Source of the DNA: an uncultured bacterium
GTDB lineage: Bacteria; Planctomycetota; UBA1135; GCA-002686595
DNA: 64,000 bases
Direction of reading: 5' to 3'
NCBI GenBank assembly: GCA_943787795.1
Contig: CALSNU010000004.1
Location: forward strand, 160,001-224,000
Position numbers and translations under genes: made by a program
Shown here: one piece after another, positions 59,246-64,000 of the stretch
Position numbering within the stretch: the first letter of the stretch is position 1
Layout of the letters: every line of letters starts with the position of its first letter
Notes under the pieces: generated by a model
Databases searched by the model: none
What the model was told of the DNA's origin: nothing
Seen by the model: only the letters and a program-made list of their open reading frames with translations

Positions 59246-60139
59246 ATGGCAAGCGATCCCCAGCACCTCGGCCTCCATCGACTGGAGGGATTCTTCTGGG
59301 TGGCTCGAACCGGCGGGTACGCGCGTGCCGCACGGGCCTTCCCGTACCCCATCACGCAGCCCGCCGTTCACCAGCAGGTGAAGAAGCTCGAGGATGAGCT
59401 GGCGGTGACGCTGTTCGAGCGTGTCGCCAAGGACCGTATGGCGCTCACTCCGGCAGGTCAGCGGCTCTTTGACTTCGTCCGCCCCTTCTTCGAGTCGCTG
59501 CCCTCCGTCATCCGCTCCGTGAGAGGAGGCGAGTTTGGCGGGACCCTCCGGGTGACCAGCTCCAGCCTGCTCCTGCGGCGGCTGATCCCCGCCTGGATCC
59601 AGCGGCTGCACGGCGACCACGCCTCGATTGACATTCACCTCGAGGAGACCGGCGATGACGCCATCGCCCTCCTCCGCCAGGGCACCGTGGACCTCGCGAT
59701 CGACCACTTCTACGAGATCCCAGATGACATCGCGACCATGAAGGTCGCGGCCCTCCAGGCCTTCGTCGTCCTCCCGCAGCAACACGCGCAGCCGGAAGAT
59801 GAGCCCGTGGACTTCTCGGCCCTCTCGGACCTCCCATTCGTGGCCTACTCGCAGCCGCGCGCCCGGGAGCTCCAGTACATGGCCCTTGGCCAGCACGACC
59901 TCTCACCGAGGTCCACCCTCTCGGGGTCGAGCGCAGAGACCATCCTCGGCTTCGTCGCAGCTGGCCTCGGCTGGTCCATCCTCCCCTGGCTCTCCGACGA
60001 CCAGCCAGGCACAGAGGCCGTCCAGTCCCGTCCTTTCCCCTCACCCAACGCGGAGCTCGAGATCGTTGCCGCGTGGCGCAAGGACTGCCCGGACAACCCG
60101 CTCCTCGACGCGATGCTTGAGGCAGCGCCCAAGGGCTGA
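59246..60139 (+). CDS. LysR-family transcriptional regulator
   Basis: ITQPAVHQQVKKLEDEL..LFER..LTPAG, DLAI, VAAGLGWSILP. Confidence 0.9.
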   Translation: MASDPQHLGLHRLEGFFWVARTGGYARAARAFPYPITQPAVHQQVKKLEDELAVTLFERVAKDRMALTPAGQRLFDFVRPFFESLPSVIRSVRGGEFGGTLRVTSSSLLLRRLIPAWIQRLHGDHASIDIHLEETGDDAIALLRQGTVDLAIDHFYEIPDDIATMKVAALQAFVVLPQQHAQPEDEPVDFSALSDLPFVAYSQPRARELQYMALGQHDLSPRSTLSGSSAETILGFVAAGLGWSILPWLSDDQPGTEAVQSRPFPSPNAELEIVAAWRKDCPDNPLLDAMLEAAPKG

Positions 60140-60226
60140 GCCCCACTTCGGGTGGCGACTTTGCGCGCGAGGATCCGGCCGCCTCTCGCTGCAGCTTCAA
60201 GCTCCCCCTTGGCTCGACCAGGCGGA

Positions 60227-62548
60227 CTATTCGCCGCCGCGGATCGTCTCGATCAAGGGCGCGATGATGTCTCGATCCACCGCGAGGTCGAGCGCCGTGG
60301 CAGGCCCGGTGAGCGTCAACTGGGCGGGGAGGATCCCCAGATCCTGCGCTCCCACGAGCACGTTGGCAGGCACGACCGCCCTGACCGATAGCACCGCATC
60401 TCTCCGGTCGTAGATTCCGCTGAGACGCACCGGTTCCACCTCATCTCCGAGCGGGATCTGCGCCTGGCGGTAGCGAACGATGCCCTGGTCCAACTCCATC
60501 TGAACCCGCTCCGGTCCCCACTCCACCCAAGCCTCCTCCCCGACGGCGAAGTGAGTGCCGACCAGGCCCGGCTGCAGTCGAACCGACATGGCTCCGATCT
60601 CGATGTTCATCTGCCCGGCCTCCCTGAACTCCTTCGCCGCCAGATCGACCGAGTAGTTGGCGACCTCAATCCGGAGGCTCGACTTGCCGCCGGACGCGGG
60701 CCGCACGCTCGCGAACCAGGGCAGCAGGCGTTCGAGCAAGGCCGCACACATGGTCGCGTCGGCGCTGGCCTCGAGACTCGCGAACGGGAGAGAGAGGGTC
60801 GAGCCTTCGATGAAGCCGAAGAACCGATTCCCCCCCCCCGCATTGATGTCGACCTTGACCTGTCCTCCGGCCCCTGAAGGCGCCAGACCGCCGATCGAAG
60901 GCAGGGCTAGGTCCTCGAGCCGGATCCTCTCCAGGCGCTGTGGCAGGAGCGCCATGAGCTCCGCGGGCAGCGCTCGCTGCCACCCCAGCATCGCCAACGG
61001 CACGTCGAAGGCGGAGATCTCCATCCGCCCCTTGGTCCGGGTTGAGGTGGGCCCGTCCGGGGGGCTGATGCTCCCCGGAATCTCCAGGAGCATGTTGGCG
61101 GACCGCGCCTGACCATCTCGCCAGGAGCTGGTGACTGTGGAGCCCGCCGCGCCGTCAAGGACGAAGCTCGTGAGGTAATGATCGAGGTCCAGGGACTGAG
61201 GCGAGTCCGATGGGACCCCGATGCGGACGCGGGCGGCCCTCGCGCCGCGGACGCGCGCGTCCCCCTCGAGCTGCATCTCCGCCGCCGCAGCCAGCATCGC
61301 GGACCTGAAGTCAAGCAGGTCGCGCGGCTCGAAGGGGATCGAGAAGTTGCGGCTCGACACCTCCCAGTCGTGGGCCCCACCCAGCTCCTGAGCAGAGAAG
61401 CGCTCCGGGAGGAGCCCCCTGACGAGGCGGGCGAGGCCGCCGCTCTGCCTCTTGAGGAGGACCTCGAACGGGTCGCCCCCCGCCCGTGTCCCCGGGACCA
61501 TTCGCCCATTCTCCCACTGGACGGCGAGCGAGAGCGCCATGCCGGCGCTGTCCACCTCGAAGCGCCCGACCGCCTCCTCCCCGTCAGGGCCGGGGCCGAC
61601 GTCAACGGTGACCTCCGCGCCGCTCTCCAGCTCCTCCATCAAGGAGTCCACGACGTGCCCCTGATACCACGCCTGAACGCTGCGCGGCGCGGCGCGCTCA
61701 GCCCTGGGTCTCCGGGAGATCACGCCCAGCGAGCGGGCCACGTCGAGCGGGACACCGGCGGACGAGAGCTGAAGCTGCTCCAGCGTGACTCCACTGGTGT
61801 ATACGAGGTCCCTGGAGACGCCGAGCGTCACCGCCGCGCTCACAGGCGCCGGCTCGCGGAGCCCCGGCCAGCTGACGAGCGCACGGTCCACGGTCAGCTT
61901 CGCCTCGCCAGGGCGACACTCGATGCTCGCCTCGGCATCACGGAGACTCACGAGACCACGGCCCGAGGCGGTGTCGTCCACGGTCCAGTCCTTGACCGAG
62001 AGCTCCACCTTCAGGACCTGTCTCGAGGGGACCCCCTCGGTCCAGCGCGTCATGCCACGGAGCACGGTCTCCAGCATCGCCTGATCGCCGACCCGCATGA
62101 TCCGCTGGAGGTCATCGATCCCCTCCCCGTCGACGCTCGAGCGGAGCGAGAGCACGTCCACTTGAAATCTCCACTCGGGGCCGCCCCGGCCCAGCAGGTC
62201 CAGGAGCGAGGGGATCTCTGCGCGCGCCTGCGCGACCTGTCGGCCGTCCGGCCCCACCACCGTCACGGACCGGATCGTCTGACGCTTGCTCCAGGAGAGG
62301 TCGACCCCGGAGATCTCCACCCTGCCATCCATGCCGCTGGCCAGGAACTCCTCGAAGGCGCGCGCACCCCACCCGGAGAGCAGGTGAGCGCCGAACAGCG
62401 CGATCGCCACGGCGGCGCCCGACATGAACGCGAGGCACCCGCATCCGCTGGAGAGGAGGGTGCCGGTACAGCCGAACCGACGGGAGGTCGGCTCTGAGTC
62501 CGCCGTCGGGTCTTCGGAGCGGGGCTCTGGTGCGTTCAGGTTCGACAA
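60227..62548 (-). CDS. Hypothetical membrane-anchored beta-rich protein (AsmA-like architecture possible)
   Basis: Long ORF with an N-terminal TM helix followed by beta-strand-like segments. TTG start at 62548 is inferred. Confidence 0.6.
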   Translation of the reverse strand: MSNLNAPEPRSEDPTADSEPTSRRFGCTGTLLSSGCGCLAFMSGAAVAIALFGAHLLSGWGARAFEEFLASGMDGRVEISGVDLSWSKRQTIRSVTVVGPDGRQVAQARAEIPSLLDLLGRGGPEWRFQVDVLSLRSSVDGEGIDDLQRIMRVGDQAMLETVLRGMTRWTEGVPSRQVLKVELSVKDWTVDDTASGRGLVSLRDAEASIECRPGEAKLTVDRALVSWPGLREPAPVSAAVTLGVSRDLVYTSGVTLEQLQLSSAGVPLDVARSLGVISRRPRAERAAPRSVQAWYQGHVVDSLMEELESGAEVTVDVGPGPDGEEAVGRFEVDSAGMALSLAVQWENGRMVPGTRAGGDPFEVLLKRQSGGLARLVRGLLPERFSAQELGGAHDWEVSSRNFSIPFEPRDLLDFRSAMLAAAAEMQLEGDARVRGARAARVRIGVPSDSPQSLDLDHYLTSFVLDGAAGSTVTSSWRDGQARSANMLLEIPGSISPPDGPTSTRTKGRMEISAFDVPLAMLGWQRALPAELMALLPQRLERIRLEDLALPSIGGLAPSGAGGQVKVDINAGGGNRFFGFIEGSTLSLPFASLEASADATMCAALLERLLPWFASVRPASGGKSSLRIEVANYSVDLAAKEFREAGQMNIEIGAMSVRLQPGLVGTHFAVGEEAWVEWGPERVQMELDQGIVRYRQAQIPLGDEVEPVRLSGIYDRRDAVLSVRAVVPANVLVGAQDLGILPAQLTLTGPATALDLAVDRDIIAPLIETIRGGE

Positions 62549-62624
62549 GGGGAGAGCGCCGGGAAGGGGCGCCCGGAGAGGATAACTCCCGGGCCTCCGA
62601 TCGCGTCCCCGGAGCAGCTCTCCA

Positions 62625-63203
62625 TCAGTTCCAGGTGGGGTCCGGCGGGACGTGAGCGAGCGACGCTCCCCCGCCACCGAGCCTGCGAATCGCTGCGCGC
62701 CAGACCTCCTCGGCCTGACCCTCCGCAAAGACCAGGTCCGCCGCCGTGGGCAGGGGGAGCCAGGACCCGGTGCTGATCTCCATATCAAGCTGCCCAGCCC
62801 CCCACCCTGCGTATCCCACGACGAAGCGCGCGTTGTCCTCCAGCGCCGCCGCTGCGCCGGCTCCCTGGACGAGTGACTCGAGGTCGGCGCCGATCCGGAT
62901 CCCGTCTCCGACGTCGAGCCCGCCGGTCGACTCGGCGAGGCTGCCTGAGAACCGGTGGATCACCTGGAGCGTGTCGCGCGCGACGGGCCCGCCCTCGCGG
63001 ACCCTGAGCTCGAGGGTCTGGAGGTCCGGGTGATCGGGGAAGAGGTCCCCGACCCGCGCCTCCGCCGTCCGGTTCACCACGAGCCCGAAGGCGCCTTCTT
63101 CGTTGTGCTGGCACATGAGCACGACGGTGTGCATGAAGTTCGGGTCCAGCAGCTCCGGTGCGCTGAGGAGCATCGTTCCAGGTCCGGCGCGGAGCCCGCT
63201 CAC
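62625..63203 (-). CDS. YqgE/AlgH family protein
   Basis: LDPNFMHTVV, GAFGLVVNR, GGPV, GYAGWGAGQL, P.WN end. Confidence 0.9.
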   Translation of the reverse strand: MSGLRAGPGTMLLSAPELLDPNFMHTVVLMCQHNEEGAFGLVVNRTAEARVGDLFPDHPDLQTLELRVREGGPVARDTLQVIHRFSGSLAESTGGLDVGDGIRIGADLESLVQGAGAAAALEDNARFVVGYAGWGAGQLDMEISTGSWLPLPTAADLVFAEGQAEEVWRAAIRRLGGGGASLAHVPPDPTWN

Positions 63204-64000
63204 GCCCGCCGCTCCAGGGTGAAGACGACCTCAACATGTGGCGTATGCGGAAAGAGGTCCACGGGCCGCACCGCCGTCACCTCGTATCCACCGGCGCACA
63301 GCGCCGCCACGTCCCTGGCCCCGGACGTGGGATTGCAGGACACGAAGACGATCCGGTCCGCGCCGAGCTCGATGAGCTGGGCGGGCACCTTCGGGTGCAG
63401 CCCCGCCCGCGGCGGGTCCACCACCAGCACGTCCGGCCGGCGCGACTCCGACTCCAGACGAATCGTCTCCAGCACATCGCCCTCATGGAACACGGCGTCT
63501 TCGCGGCCGTTCCGGGCGGCGTTCTGCCGGGCGTCTCGGATCGACGATGGGGCACTCTCGAAGCCGACCAGCTCCACCCCCTCTGGGGCGATCGCGAGTC
63601 CGATGGTCCCGGCGCCGCAGAACACATCAAAGAGGCGCTGACCCGGCTCGACGCGGGCCTCCTCCGCCACAATCTCGAAGAGCCGCTCGGCCTGCTCTGT
63701 GTTGGTCTGGAAGAACGAGTCGGCCGAGATCCGGAAGCGCTTGCCACACAGCACCTCGTCGATGGTCCCCGGGCCATGCAGGATGTGCTCCTCCTCACCG
63801 TAGGCCACGGTCGCGGCCCGCTGCGTGACGTTCTGCACCACGGTGGTGATGTCCGGATGTCGCTCGAGCAGCGTCGCGACCAGGGGGTCAATGAGCTCCG
63901 CCGCGCGCTCGGACGTCACCAGGTCCACCATCGTCTCGCCCGTCCTGACCCCGCGGCGCACGACCAGGTGGCGGAGCAATCCCTCGTGGGCCCGGAGATC
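63200..64000 (-). CDS. rlmD: 23S rRNA m5U methyltransferase RlmD/TrmA family (5' part outside the window)
   Basis: SFFQTN, DVFCGAGTIG, VDPPRAG, VSCNP, VDLFPHTPHVE. Confidence 0.88.
   Translation of the reverse strand, partial: DLRAHEGLLRHLVVRRGVRTGETMVDLVTSERAAELIDPLVATLLERHPDITTVVQNVTQRAATVAYGEEEHILHGPGTIDEVLCGKRFRISADSFFQTNTEQAERLFEIVAEEARVEPGQRLFDVFCGAGTIGLAIAPEGVELVGFESAPSSIRDARQNAARNGREDAVFHEGDVLETIRLESESRRPDVLVVDPPRAGLHPKVPAQLIELGADRIVFVSCNPTSGARDVAALCAGGYEVTAVRPVDLFPHTPHVEVVFTLERRA

Overview
High-GC bacterial chromosome segment, most likely Planctomycetota. That assignment is inferred from the DUF1549/DUF1553 cytochrome-c protein plus DUF1501 pair and a Planctomycete-type ECF-like gene. 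It is mostly gene-dense core/accessory metabolism: a probable metal-linked type VII ABC cluster, HIT, pyrC, a complete Na+-translocating NADH:quinone reductase locus (nqrA-F, apbE, nqrM), monomeric icd, an APC transporter with Usp, pgi, iscS, a biotin-dependent carboxylase trio, nth, cyaY, LysR, yqgE and a partial rlmD. I found no rRNA, tRNA, CRISPR array or mobile element. Most notable: (1) a NifA-like GAF/sigma54 activator with a complete divergent sigma54 promoter (two palindromic UAS, IHF-like site, -24/-12) that points into an unannotated ~390-nt structured, GA-rich transcript, either an sRNA or a leaderless 88-codon ORF; (2) a class II photolyase-renalase fusion translationally coupled to the four-gene ligase-associated DNA-damage cluster; (3) repeated TAnnnT boxes 6-7 nt before start codons, suggesting leaderless mRNAs; (4) many short tandem duplications at gene ends. 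Several single-base frameshifts (SGNH, lhr/pdeM, ECF) may be assembly errors. All product calls come from motif recognition by eye; no database searches were run.
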